A stretch of 26,330 nt of DNA, taken from contig NIVC01005098.1 of assembly GCA_002269645.1 (NCBI GenBank), forward strand, positions 1 to 26,330, read 5' to 3'. Position numbers and translations under genes: made by a program. The notes beneath the pieces were generated by a model. That model did not search any database, was not told where the DNA came from, and saw only the letters and a program-made list of their open reading frames with translations. This DNA is from Macrostomum lignano (taxonomy: Eukaryota). This document shows positions 1-12,249 of this stretch, piece after piece; the first letter of the stretch is position 1; each line of letters begins with the position of its first letter.

Positions 1-370
1 CTGCATCGCTGACTGCTGATCGCGGCCACGTAAGTCAGCGGATTGAAACCGGGGCTATGGCGGGTTGCCGCGGCCGCGGCTGCCCCCGACAGCCGATGAT
101 GACGAGGATGAGGAGTGCACTTTGGCGCCGGGGATTCCAATTGGGCCGCTGCTGCTGCTCGGAAGCCAGGCAACGGGCTGAACGAATCGCTGCCCTGGGA
201 CGAGCTCGCGTGGCCGGGACCGGCGCCGCCAAAGCTAGCGCTGCTGCTGGCGCCGACGAAGCCGACGCTGTCGTGCTCGGAGAGGTCAAGGTCATCCAGC
301 TCTGGTAGCATGGCGCTGCTAGGAGACGCCAGCTGGTTCTGCTGTTGGCCAGCTCTGTGCAGACCGCTGG
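1..370 (-). CDS. unk: Unkempt exon 5 (low-complexity region), continues beyond window start
   Basis: Acceptor ttttttcactgcAG at 372-371. The phase matches the exon 4 donor (G+CC = Ala). The frame stays open to base 1: ASGLHRAGQQQNQLASPSSAMLPELDDLDL... Confidence 0.7.
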
Positions 371-476
371 CTGCAGTGAAAAAACGAATAGAGGCGCAGA
401 ATGTACCAAAGTCAAGAGTCAGAATCCTACTTGCTGCTTTTTTATGGAATTTATCGATTTTTCTCGCCTGTAGTGA

Positions 477-1250
477 GGGGATTGTAGCCTAGTGGTTAGA
501 GCGTTGGACTCACGACTCAAAAGTCGGGGGTTCGATTTTCGACCCACTCGGAACAATTTGTGTCTAGGGATTGCAAAATCCCGGTTTTTAGCGATCCGGG
601 ATCAGAAAAACACAGATTTTTCAGCTTTTGGGTTGAAATTTCAAGGCAAAATATGCTCTAAATGTATTTTTGCTTCCATTTTTTATTGTAATAGACATAA
701 TGATCTTTTCGTAGATGAAAAACAGCATTATCTTGTGACGTATTTAAGAAAGTAGTATAAAAGCACTAATTAGTAGTAAAGAAGCAAATCATATATCAAT
801 ATTTCACATTTAAATCTGTGATGCGGGGTTTAAAAAGGCGCCACGCGACGTGAGGCAATTAACGGAAATTAGCGCAGTATAATAAACTTGTTGTGGGCCC
901 AATTATGTTCATATTACAACACTTTTTGTAAAAATAATAACAAAAATTAGTCCCGGGATTTGGGCCCAATCCCGGAATTTCGGGATCATGGGATCCCGGG
1001 ATTGCAATCCCTATTTGTGTCCTTGAGCAAGGCACTTAACTCTGCATTGCTTCAGTTCACCCAGCTGTAAAATGGGTGCCAGCATTAGCTGGGGTAGTTG
1101 AGGCTGTGTGTGGCGACCCCCAGTCCCCAGTGTCTTTAAACTAACAGCCGTACGCAGCCTTCAGATGCGCCGCGCAATAGCTGCGGCTGAGCTGTCGGTT
1201 GCACATCTGTCCATTATAGAAGGTGTAACCAATTTTTTGTTTCATTATCG
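477..1250 (+). mobile_element. tRNA-derived SINE with Nin-like central domain, split by a MITE (pieces ~477-564 and ~1022-1250)
   Basis: Pol III A-box-like TAGCCTAGTGG and B-box-like GGTTCGATT. After the insertion the sequence resumes with TGTGTCCTTGAGCAAGGCACTTAAC...CACCCAGCTGTAAAATGGGT, which resembles the Nin-domain consensus as I recall it. The 3' end is approximate. Confidence 0.7.
565..1013. mobile_element. Non-autonomous hAT-type MITE, 449 bp
   Basis: 12-bp TIR TAGGGATTGCAA / TTGCAATCCCTA. Perfect 8-bp TSD TTTGTGTC at 557-564 and 1014-1021. Subterminal ATCCCGG/CCGGGAT repeats. Confidence 0.9.
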
Positions 1251-1518
1251 CTTGTATGTTGTAACTAATGGGTGCAACCTATTTATCAAAACCACTTGTC
1301 CGCGTTATTTCACTCCCTAGTAGGTGGTTAGTGCATTGACATCCGGTCCGAACTTGTCCCGTCACGTCCCCGAGACCTGTCTACGTGTAGCATTGAAACC
1401 CGTGAGCCGTACGTGGAAGCTTAGAAATCTGGATAGTTTGATGGGTGGCTAAACAGCTACTTGCACCGAATAGAAATTTACTCTACTAGGAGCAGCAATT
1501 AAGCAATTGAAGCCAAAC

Positions 1519-1828
1519 CTCGATTGCCGCCAACCGCTGCGGATTGCTCCCACACGCTCGGGCTGATGAGACGGCCCAGTGTCAGAGGTGCAGGTCCCGT
1601 CGCCTGCTGTTGCTGCTGCTGCTGCGGCTGCTGCTGCTGCTGCAGATGAAGCTGCGGCAGCTGCGGTGATTGTTGCTGCTGCACAGCGCCCAGCATCAGC
1701 AGGCCCATGTCCTGCATAAAGTTCCGCCCGAAGTTCATCTCCGACTCCTCGTGGGCGAAGGCGCAGAACGGACCCCTTGGACAGTAGTTCTGCTGCATGA
1801 CATCGTTGCACTTTGTCGACTTATAAAT
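1519..1828 (-). CDS. unk: Unkempt exon 4 (last CCCH finger plus polyQ tract)
   Basis: Encodes IYKSTKCNDVMQQNYCPRGPFCAFAH. Acceptor cAG at 1830-1829, donor GTTTGG at 1518; length 310 nt keeps phase. Confidence 0.85.
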
Positions 1829-2016
1829 CTGCGCGAGGGTACGTTGGCAAGAAAATTCGCGTCTATCTACTGACAGTAGAATAAAAAACGTGTGTATTTC
1901 ATTAACAATCACAAGTAAAATCAGCGCCGTCAAGTCAGCTGACGAGATACAGTCACGTGATTTATTGCTTTCGCCCTTAAACGCTAAATGGAAGAACACG
2001 GATCTGCGGCGCTCAC

Positions 2017-2134
2017 CTCTGGGTGGAACTGCTGCTCGGTGCGGGTGTGGCAATACTGACAGTCGTCGGCCTGCTCGCAGAGGCTGCTGTCAAGCCATTC
2101 GTCCGAGCTCTTCACTGCCGGACAGGGAGTTGAT
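2017..2134 (-). CDS. unk: Unkempt exon 3
   Basis: Encodes STPCPAVKSSDEWLDSSLCEQADDCQYCHTRTEQQFHPE. Canonical AG (2136-2135) and GTGAG (2016) boundaries; phases match both neighbours. Not in the ORF track. Confidence 0.9.
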
Positions 2135-3840
2135 CTGCGATTTGGAATAAGAAGGGAGAGGTAATTGTCCAGGCTGAAGTCAATTGTCTGCGGACTGAAC
2201 TGCGCGACTGGAACTAGTTTGACTGGGCCTTTGTGTATTTACTGGGTGGAAGAGTGAGAGATTGAGTAGCTAAGCGTGGATGGCGAGAATGGAGAAAGGG
2301 CAATCGATTTTTCGAAATACAGAGCCCCATCAATCGATACCATTTCGTTGACTAAATTCATCTCGAATAGTGCCATACCGATGCAAGGTAAGGACATCCA
2401 TCTAGCCTGTTAATAATATCAACAAGGAAGTGCAGGTCAATTTGATGAATTCCCTGCCGGAACAAATGGAACATACTCGTGCCTCCAATTAAACTGTGAA
2501 TCGTGTCAGCTGCCTTGCACTTTATCAGGTCGCTACGTATATCTCTATTTATTAAGCCACACCATGCGCGCATGCATCTTGTTAAGTTTGAAGTGCAGCT
2601 AATGGGGGAGCTGACAGCACACTGAATCAAGCAGTGGATATCGCACTTCACTACACTGTACAGTTTGATAAGAGTACAGCTTTGGAAGGGGGAAGAAGGA
2701 GCAGGGGAGAGAGGGCTTAGCAGCTTTAGATTCGTAAGTTAGAGCCGGGCAAACCCGGACAGTCGCTCTGTGGCTAGTATTTATTGATTTTTCCGCCGCT
2801 GGCTGCGCAAGCCTCGCCTCCCCCTCTGCCCGGTCGGACCGAACCAGCCCCCCCCCCAGTGCTCATCGATCCGCGCTGCATTTGGGGTTGCTGTATACGG
2901 GGCTCTAAAAATAGATTTTCGTAAAGCAGGGCGACGGAAAGAGCGTCAGTTCGTATTTGGGGCTGGGGGAGGGGCAAGGGCTGAAGCGGCGAGAGAGGAA
3001 AGACAGTTCAATAAGCTGTCAGACCTGTACAGCCCCGCTCACTGCGTTCAACAACAACCAACCAGCTGTACGTCCGCGTTCTGCACCCCCTTTCTCCGTC
3101 CTCTCATTCGGCTCTTGTAGTTCCAACCAAGTATTCATTTCTTTGCCATATAATCTCTCACCCTCCCCTCTGTTCGCATGCTCAAGGCCTAAGCCAGGGA
3201 GGCCTCCTCCTTCGCGAAATGAAAACAGAAAAAGCTTTTGAAGGGGGAGAGGTAGGGGATGAAGATGAATCGAAAGAGCTTTGCTGACGGAAGCATCTTT
3301 TCCGGCTTCCCGCCCGAATATGCATTTGGCCGTACTGCATGCGCCTTATAGATAAGACTGCTTCGGATTGCACTCAAAATCCAAATTCCTATAGTGCAAG
3401 CTACCTAGGAAATTGCATGCAAGGGGTACGGACACCCTGATTCCACCGCCTCTGCTGGACAACAGGATTAGTATTGACCGAGATTTTTCTAGTAAAAGCA
3501 CAGCAGGACGACAATGCTATTCGCAAAAAATTAGAAATTAAAAAAACCGTTTAAAGAAGACAAACTTATAGTTTAGCTTGTGTTGCCGATGGTCATCTAA
3601 GCTGAGAAAGTTATGCGCCAATCGCTAATCAAACAAGCGTCAAACTGGGTGGACAAGGAAGATATATTTAACAAAGTCTTTGTTTTGATTCGTTACTTCC
3701 GTGTTCTATCAGTGGTGCTAGGCTCACAGGCTACGTACACGGGCACAGCACTCACGCAGAGTTTATAGACTTCCATGACACACGTACACTTCTAGTGTGC
3801 CTTTATAATATGCACCTCACTGGACCTTGATCACACTCAC

Positions 3841-4452
3841 CTGTACTTGTGCACGTGCGGTCCCCGACGCTTGTCCTTGGCGTTGTGATAGAATGGACAG
3901 GCGTAGCCCTGACGGCACATTCGCGGCGGCTTGCGGCACTGCTCGGTTTTGTAGTTGGCCAGCACATAGCCCATGTCGTTCCATTTGGGATCTTCGGACA
4001 GGACACGCTCTTTCTCCAGGCTGGCCGGCAAGTTCACAGGACAGTCGGCGGCCTCTTGAACTTCGCGGATGTCGTAAACAGGCACGCGCAGATCGTTGGC
4101 GCCGTGAGCAAAGGCGCAGTGGGCACCATTTCGTGAGCAGTGACCTCGGGCGTCCGTGTCGTGAATGCAGGTGCCGGTTTTAAAGTAGCGCAGATGGTAG
4201 CGCCTCTCAGTGTCGCCGGCATTTCGGTGCAGGTAGGGACAAGCGTCGGCGTTGGGGCACTCCCCTCGGGTCTCGTCGTACTTGTCGCAATACACATCAG
4301 GCGAATAAGTGAAAGTTCCGTCCGCTTTGCGCAATGGGCGACGCCGGCGCTGATTTGGAAAATGCCAATGAAAGCAGGTGAACGGCTTATGCTGCGTGCA
4401 CTTATGATTCGCAAACAGTGGGCACTGCTGAGTGCGGAAGTCGCGGAGATAA
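3841..4452 (-). CDS. unk: Unkempt exon 2 (tandem CCCH zinc fingers)
   Basis: Encodes YLRDFRTQQCPLF...CFHWHFPNQRRRRP...ERRYHLRYFKTGTC...YKTEQCRKPPRMCRQGYACPFYHN, diagnostic of Unkempt. Acceptor at 4454-4453, donor GTGAG at 3840. Confidence 0.95.
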
Positions 4453-4905
4453 CTGCAATTTGTCAGAAAAAATAAAAAATTAGTAAAGATCCACATATTG
4501 GTATGCATGATACAACATTTACAAAGGTTTGGAACAATTGGAACTGCACATTGCAAAAAGTAGTGCAAAAATTTGTTAAAACAAAACGAAAAGTCTCTAT
4601 GGTAATAAAAATAAATTTATAGCATTTTGTCTCTCAATTATTTTTTAAAACTACTATCAAAATACTTTTAACAGAAACTATTCTGCCCCTGACAAATATA
4701 TGAAAAAGTTAAAAAAAATGTGAATTAATTTTTGTTTCAATGTAGCTTAAACATTTGTTTATATTCTTTATCTAATTTTACTCACAAAACTAATTAAAAT
4801 GTTAAATGTTAAAACAATATAAAAGCTCAGCCATTAAATCAGAAAGTAAATCCATAATTATAGATAAGCAAAACAGCAAAATAATGAATTTAAACTGAGA
4901 CTTAC

Positions 4906-5105
4906 TTTAAATGTTGTGGTTTTACAAAAACAGTTGGCATACCTATTCCTTGTGTTGCTAAATCTAACTCTGGGGGGAGTGGTACACTGCCTGTCAAGTT
5001 CTGAGGCGACGCTTGAGATGACATCATTGGTAGACTTGTAGAGAGAATAACATTAGATAAAGTTGCTAAAGAAGAATTCTGTGCTATGGGAGATAGTGAT
5101 GACAT
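4906..5105 (-). CDS. unk: Unkempt first coding exon
   Basis: ATG at 5105. Ends ...KPQHL-AA|GTAAG; AA+T joins in frame to YLRDFR, matching the Unkempt N-terminal (E)KPxHxxYL motif. Confidence 0.8.
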
Positions 5106-6104
5106 ATTCTAATGTCAAACGGAACATTAGACAGCTTTTTACTTTGAAAAGCCTATTTGTTTGTTGCTGTAAAAGCTGTCTGAAATTCCTGCTGTTGATA
5201 GTACGGAAATCATTGTATCTAATGTAAATACTAATAATGTAGTTTTTTCAAAGCATCCTGCTTATTTTTTTAAATATATATTTCGTAAATATAAACTTTT
5301 AGTAAGAGTTGTACTTTTATTAGGTATGTAAAGCTCTTTTTGTTAATCTGCTACCGTCGCAAGGTACCTTTAAACTGAAAAAAAAGTTTCTAACATAAAA
5401 GACGCTAACTACGAACTTCATCGACCCGACATCAATGATGTTACTACTCTGATTGCATTGTGTTTGTCTGAGTTCACAGAGAGACAGTAGTCTTGTAGTT
5501 TGCTAGTTCACTTCTTCGTCTGAAGCGAACAAATTGTAGGACGCTTAAATTTAACTTAAGCTAATTAACTTTTCTGGCAGTAAACAGGGTGAATTTTAAC
5601 ATAAGTGCCTAGGTGCTAGGCGTAGGCCTAGATATATTATGCTTAATGCTTAGAAAAAGGTTAAATACCTTTTGTTTGCGTAAAGCAATTTGATATATAT
5701 ATACATTTGGACTTGTATGCATATGTATACATTTGTATACATTTGGACAAAAATGATCAGTGTCTAATACTATTAGGCGGCATAGGCCTAAAGCAAAATA
5801 GACTGCAAAAGCATTAGGCCTAGAAATTTAATTTTAAGATAGGGGCCTACAAATTTTTTTTCAATTTTTTGATTAATTTTCAAAAGTATGGTTTATTTTT
5901 ATTTAAGCAACTTAGATTTATCAAATAAAATAAAAATACAAGGTTATTAATATACTACTACTACTAGGTGAAATTCAAAAATTAGGGGCAAGTTCTGTCA
6001 AAATTGTTTTTGGCAATTCAGAAGTAACATGCACAACCTTGGGAATCACTTGGCCATTTCTATTGGCAACACACACACATACAAATTGCTATTGGCTAAG
6101 AGCA

Positions 6105-6114
6105 GTCACGTGAC
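6105..6114. promoter_or_regulatory. Palindromic E-box/CLEAR-type motif GTCACGTGAC between divergent unk and RhoGDI
   Basis: Exact 10-bp palindrome in an otherwise AT-rich region. Function is not shown by sequence. Confidence 0.3.
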
Positions 6115-6174
6115 TAGGCCCTATTATTCTGTCTAATAGTAATTTATATGTGTATGTTGCCAATAGAAATGGCT

Positions 6175-7230
6175 GGGTGAATTCTGTCAAAATGGCCACA
6201 CAACAAAATGGCCACACTGTCAAAATGGCCACACAACAAAATGGCCACATAAAACAAAATGTTACACTTACAGATGTCTATCACATTTACTACTATTAGG
6301 ACTTTATTAATGTAGTTTCGAGTGACATTTAGCTCCAATACTATAGTGCACTACAAAAATCCAAAAGCATGCAAGTACCTTTGTGATTATTTCTACTTTT
6401 GTGATCAATTTAACTTGGGTTTTTTTGCCAGAGACAAGGTGTGAAATCGCACCTTGTGCCAAATTTCAAGGTGCGATTTTAAGGCTTAGAGTGCAATTTC
6501 TCTTGAGTCTTGTTTCAGACAACTAGGAATGTATATTTTAATATCTTACATAAGGCTATAGCCATAGGCTATATCGCCTATATGACTTAATAGGATTTAA
6601 AGAGTTATTTTGTTTCATATTTTAAAGCAGTGCATGAAAAATAGCTTAAGCATGGTTAAGCCTTTAAATAAATGGTTATAAGACCGCACCTAAACCGCAC
6701 CTACTTTTTTAATTTTAGTGTGCAATTTTAAAATTTAAGGTATATACGCATACTCTGTGCACAAAAAAACCCTGCATTTAACTTTTGTGGTAAATTTTGC
6801 TTTGTGATTCATTGTACCTCTATTACTCTATGATGCATTTAACATTTCATTTCAACAATTACTTAACTAATTGTTGGTCACTCTATAAAATACAATTTTG
6901 TCTTCGCTTCTTTGATGCATTCTTTTTGGATGCATGTTGCCTGCATAAATTTCATAATATCTCAATGCATTCACTTCTTTTGCATTTTGATGCAAAATGA
7001 TGCAAGTACCAAAGTTAAAATTAATTAAGAACATGAAGTATACTCAATTACATCAATGTATTACTTTAAGAATAACAAGAGTTTAGAATATTCATAGTAG
7101 AGGCTGTGTTTATCATACAATATTAAGAATGAAACAAGTGGGATACCTGCAATACTTTTTGTTTTATGTAGGCATTTGGTTTTGTAGCCATTTTGATAGT
7201 GTGGCTGTTTTTTATGTGGCTGTTCTGCAT
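6175..7230. repeat. Possible degenerate TIR element with CAAAATGGCCAC subterminal repeats
   Basis: Left end GGGTG..TCAAAATGGCCAC repeated about 4 times (6175-6250); inverted copies near 7185-7230. No TSD found. Confidence 0.35.
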
Positions 7231-7719
7231 GTGGCCATTTTGATAGCACCCTATAAATCCCTAGGTTGCACCCAAGCATGAAAGGCAAAAAGCTTTAAAA
7301 AATATAATTTAGTTTAAAAAATAGAAATATATCTATAAAAGCACAAATTATCTATGTGTAATCTTATTAATTATAAAATGATTTGGTAAAATATTAAATT
7401 TACTTATGTCATATGACTAAAATAACTCTTATAGAAATGATAGAAAAGGTCTTACAGCATATTTATTAATGGTAGAATGGTAGAATGGTAAATGGCAGTG
7501 CACGGGGATGGCTCACAACACAGACAAACCATTTTTATTATATGGGATTATAGACATATATCCAGGGGTCCCTAATATAGTTGGCATACAATTTCTGTCA
7601 TTTTAAAGATATAATTATTTATTTGTCCAACTTATATTTTTTAAATTTTTATTCCTGTATATCTATGTAGTTTCTATTTATTAAGACATAAATAATTAAT
7701 ACTACATAGAAATACATAG

Positions 7720-8505
7720 GGCTCATTCCATATAAGCATGGTCGTAACATGACAGGCTATTTTTACTTATAAAATGAAATATAATAATAGAATATACTAA
7801 ACCAATATTTTAAATGAAAGATAATTTTGTCAAAAATATTTTTATAGAGTTTCATGTAGATATCATCATTAGTATAGATGCTATTAAACCTTGAATGGCA
7901 CTTATGGTCGTAACAACAGGATTTTTGACATATAGAAACTAAAAGGTAAAAGTCTTATAACATTTTTATTTTTGATATTTTGCAATACATTTTTTAAAAT
8001 TTGACTAAGAACATCTTTAGTAATCATACTCTTTTATTAGAATATATAAACTCAAAAAGGCAACAAAGATACAAAAGAAAAGGCAGCCTTATGGTCGTAA
8101 CATTATGGTCGTAACATATTTTTTTCTGTCAATTCAGTAACTTTGAGGTACCAATATATTAAAAATATAATAGATTATTTGGTCACCAATACTTTTATCT
8201 GATGATGCAAGTACTATACTTTTATCTATAGTTTGTTTCAACCTTCCAAAGCTTTCTATTTGTTTTTAAAAGGTACACAAACTTAATGATGTCTTTTGCT
8301 TAGAAAAATGTTTAAATTTTTACAAAAATGACTTTTTGCCACTTGATAGCATACTAATCTAACATTTTATCATTCATTTATTCTTAGATTGTAGATATTA
8401 CACATAAAAAACATTTGGTAAAAAAATGGCTGATAAGACAATGGCAAGCAAAAATATTGACTTTTTTCTATTTTCCAAAAATGTCCATCTTATATGGAAT
8501 GAGCC
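7720..8505. mobile_element. Non-autonomous DNA transposon (MITE-like), 786 bp
   Basis: 17-bp perfect TIR GGCTCATTCCATATAAG / CTTATATGGAATGAGCC flanked by ATAG on both sides. Four internal ATGGTCGTAACA motifs. Confidence 0.8.
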
Positions 8506-8870
8506 ATAGATAGTGTATAGATTGTCTTTTTAAAATTTATTCTACTATATATTCTGCCACTTTTTTAATTATAGATAGCATCTAGTGCATGCTAAAAGTG
8601 CTATATGCTAAATGACTAGCAAGCCGTGCACTGTCTCCTTATTATAAAATACAAACAAGCCAACCATTTTTAGGCTTACAAGCAACATACAATGTCTGCA
8701 GTTATATTAATATCTAAGAATTTGAGAATAAAAATGCAATATATTTTAGCTTTTAATATAGAAAGGACTTGCTAGAGCATAGTACCCCTTGTCCTAATTT
8801 GTAGCTTCAAAAAGATAAAAACAACAAACTTTGATGCAAAAGCTTTAATCACACTAAATTGAAAAAAAAA

Positions 8871-9264
8871 ATGGCTGAAAAAGGCGACAATGATGATCTG
8901 GTCCCGGAGGACACTGGCTTCAAGCCGCCGGCGCCAAAGTCTCTGGACGAGATTCTCAACGCCGACAAGGACGATCCGTCCCTTGAGAATTATAAAAAGC
9001 AACTGCTCGGCAACACTGTGCCGCCTGTGTTTCCTGACAATCCTAGAAATGTGATTGTGCAGAAAATACAGATTGAATTCCTAGGCGAAAGCCGCGAGCC
9101 AGCCAACATCCAACTGATGGATGCGGATCTGTCAGTGCTTAAAAAGTCACCAATCGTGATCAAAGAAGGGGTAAATTATCGGGTGAAAGTGTTTTTCTAT
9201 GTGCAACGTGAGATCGTGGCCGGTTTGCGGTACATCAACTGTTCGTACAAGATGGGCATACGAG
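8871..9264 (+). CDS. RhoGDI: Rho GDP-dissociation inhibitor exon 1
   Basis: Encodes FKPPAPKSLDEILNADKDDPSLENYKKQLLG...IKEGVNYRVKVFFYVQREIVAGLRY. Donor G|GTGAGT at 9265. Confidence 0.95.
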
Positions 9265-9460
9265 GTGAGTTGCCCATAATGTTAGTGTGAATGCGAGTAT
9301 CTAATCTAAGAAGATTCCTATCAATAAGCTGCCCCTAATCCCCCAGAAAAGTTGCCATTTGACTGCCACTAATCCTTCAGAAGTGTTGCTACTAGACTGC
9401 CACTTATCCTCCAGAAGAGTTCCCATTGGACTGGCACAAATCCTCAAGAATATTAGCCAT

Positions 9461-10876
9461 TAGACTGGCACTAATACCCCATAAGAGTCGTCTATAGACT
9501 GGCACTAATACCCCATAAGAGTCGTCATTAGACTGGCACTAATACCCCATAAGAGTCATCATTAGACTGGCACTAATACCCCATAAGAGTCGTCATTAGA
9601 CTGGCACTAATACCCCATAAGAGTCGTCATTAGACTGGCACTAATACCCCATAAGAGTCGTCATTAGACTGGCACTAATACCCCATAAGAGTCGTCATTA
9701 GACTGGCACTAATACCCCATAAGAGTCGTCATTAGACTGGCACTAATACCCCATAAGAGTCGTCATTAGACTGGCACTAATACCCCATAAGAGTCGTCAT
9801 TAGACTGGCACTAATACCCCATAGAGTCGTCATTAGACTGGCACTAATACCCCATAGAGTCGTCATTAGACTGGCACTAATACCCCATAAGAGTCGTCAT
9901 TAGACTGGCACTAATACCCCATAAGAGTCGTCATTAGACTGGCACTAATACCCCATAGAGTCGTCATTAGACTGGCACTAATACCCCATAGAGTCGTCAT
10001 TAGACTGGCACTAATACCCCATAGAGTCGTCATTAGACTGGCACTAATACCCCATAAGAGTCGTCATTAGACTGGCACTAATACCCCATAAGAGTCGTCA
10101 TTAGACTGGCACTAATACCCCATAAGAGTCGTCATTAGACTGGCACTAATACCCCATAAGAGTCGTCATTAGACTGGCACTAATACCCCATAGAGTCGTC
10201 ATTAGACTGGCACTAATACCCCATAGAGTCGTCATTAGACTGGCACTAATACCCCATAAGAGTCGTCATTAGACTGGCACTAATACCCCATAAGAGTCGT
10301 CATTAGACTGGCACTAATACCCCATAAGAGTCGTCATTAGACTGGCACTAATCCTCTAAAAGAGAGCCATTAGACTGGCACTAATCCTCTCAACGAGAGC
10401 CATTATACTGGCACTAATCCTCTAAAAGAGAGCCATTATACTGGCACTAATCCTCTAAAAGAGAGCCATTAGGCTGGCACTAATCCTCTAAAAGAGAGCC
10501 ATTATACTGGCACTAATCCTCTAAAAGAGAGCCATTAGGCTGGCACTAATACCCCATAAGAGTCGACATTAGACTGGCACTAATCCTCTCAAAGAGAGCC
10601 ATTAGACTGGCACTAATCCTCTAAAAGAGAGCCATTATACTGGCACTAATCATCTAAAAGAGAGCCATTAGGCTGGCACTAATCCTCTAAAAGAGAGCCA
10701 TTAGACTGGCACTAATACCCCATAAGAGTCGTCATTAGACTGGCACTAATACCCCATAAGAGTCGTCATTAGACTGGCACTAATACCCCATAAGAGTCGT
10801 CATTAGACTGGCACTAATACCCCATAAGAGTCGTCATTAGACTGGCATCCTCTCAAAGAGAGCCATTAGACTGGCA
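9461..10876. repeat. 34/33-bp minisatellite in RhoGDI intron (~40 copies)
   Basis: Unit GACTGGCACTAATACCCCATAAGAGTCGTCATTA, with a block of variant GACTGGCACTAATCCTCTAAAAGAGAGCCATTA at ~10345-10710. Degenerate copies start at ~9340. Confidence 0.95.
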
Positions 10877-11896
10877 TAGAAATTCTAAGCCATAGAAAAG
10901 TGCTTATTAAACGCAGCTGAAAGGAGAACGCAAAAAAGAAGTGTGTGCACAGAGTAGAAAATTTTGTATAATACTCGTAAAAAACCAACGTAACACTACA
11001 GCAATGCACATTTGGCATGACTCAAGTTCGTGTTCAGGTTGGCAATATAGCAGAGTGTTAAGTGTGAAGCCTTAGTGTGAAGTGCTTGGGCTGTACAATG
11101 TGTAGAGTTATATGTAGTGTCCTGTGACCAGTTTAGATATTCTCTGAGCGTTTACGTGTATGGCAAATTTAGTAATCTGGCATATAATATAGCTTCAATG
11201 CGCAGTGTTTGCTTAGCAGCTGGCACAGTGGCATTATCTGTCCCAACTTTAATAGGCACAAATGAACAACTGCCGCGTCAAGTTGTATGCAATGCATTGA
11301 CTTATTAAGTATGTTAACGTTTTAGTAAAGTACGTAGATTCTAATAAATAGAGTCCCAGCCTTGACCAGCTAGCTAGCTCACTCACTGCTCAGCACCACA
11401 GCTACATAAACCCTAGATTAGTTCACCCTGGTTCCGATAGTTATGCTTATTCCAAGGGCAGAAATAGAGGAGCTGTTTTTAGAACAATATTGCCAGAAAC
11501 AAACTAAAAAAACATTTAGTAGATGATCAAATAAAGACAATAGACAAAAAATTTAGAACAAACACAAAATTACCTATGAGTTAATGCAGAGTGACCTATC
11601 ATTTAATATTGCTTTTGTCATGCTAAGTCAGCAAACAGACATTCAAAGTTGAAAGCCTACATAACAAACTCAGGTGGGGCCATAGACAACACACAAACTT
11701 GCAATTTAGCACTGACGTTAATCAACTCATTTACTGTGAAATATAAACTGCAAGTTTATGTGCTGTCTATGGCCCAACCTGTGTTTGATCTGTAGGCTTT
11801 CAACTTTCGATGACCGTAGATGACCTTGACATGACAAATTTTGGATGACCTGTGCTCGGCGCACCCCTAGCAATGACTCACTTAACTGTCCCTCAG

Positions 11897-12096
11897 TTGC
11901 CAAGGACGACCTGATGGTTGGCAGCTACCCCCCGAAGGCCGAGCCGCACGTGTACAGCAGCCCGGCACAAGAGGCTCCCAGCGGCATGATGGCCCGCGGC
12001 ACTTACACTATAAAGTCGCGCTTTACCGACGATGACAGGAACGACTTCTTGTCCTGGGAGTGGGCCATCAAGATCAAGGACTCGTGGAAGGACTGA
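11897..12096 (+). CDS. RhoGDI: RhoGDI exon 2 (spliced protein 197 aa)
   Basis: Acceptor cctcAG at 11895-11896. Encodes MVGSYPPK...EAPSGMMARGTYTIKSRFTDDD...WEWAIKIKDSW, stop at 12094-12096. Confidence 0.95.
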
Positions 12097-12249
12097 TCAA
12101 TTAAGCAACTCTCTTTAATTCTAATTAGACCGATTTGAGACATGGAAAATAAAAATTACCTTTTTTATCGTTCGCTTATCCCGTGAATCCACAGGCCCCT
12201 GGTTACCTGGAATGGAAACGGACCCGCGCATCACCCCAAGATCTTACCT

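Noticed and set aside
481-540. tRNA gene
   Set aside because: It has A/B boxes but no complete cloverleaf, and it continues into a SINE body.
2358-3377. Short ORFs in unk intron 2
   Set aside because: No recognisable homology or consistent splice phases, and unk exons 2 and 3 join directly in frame.
9461-10876. CRISPR-like look of the 34-bp array
   Set aside because: Units are contiguous with no unique spacers, it lies in a eukaryotic intron, and there are no cas genes.
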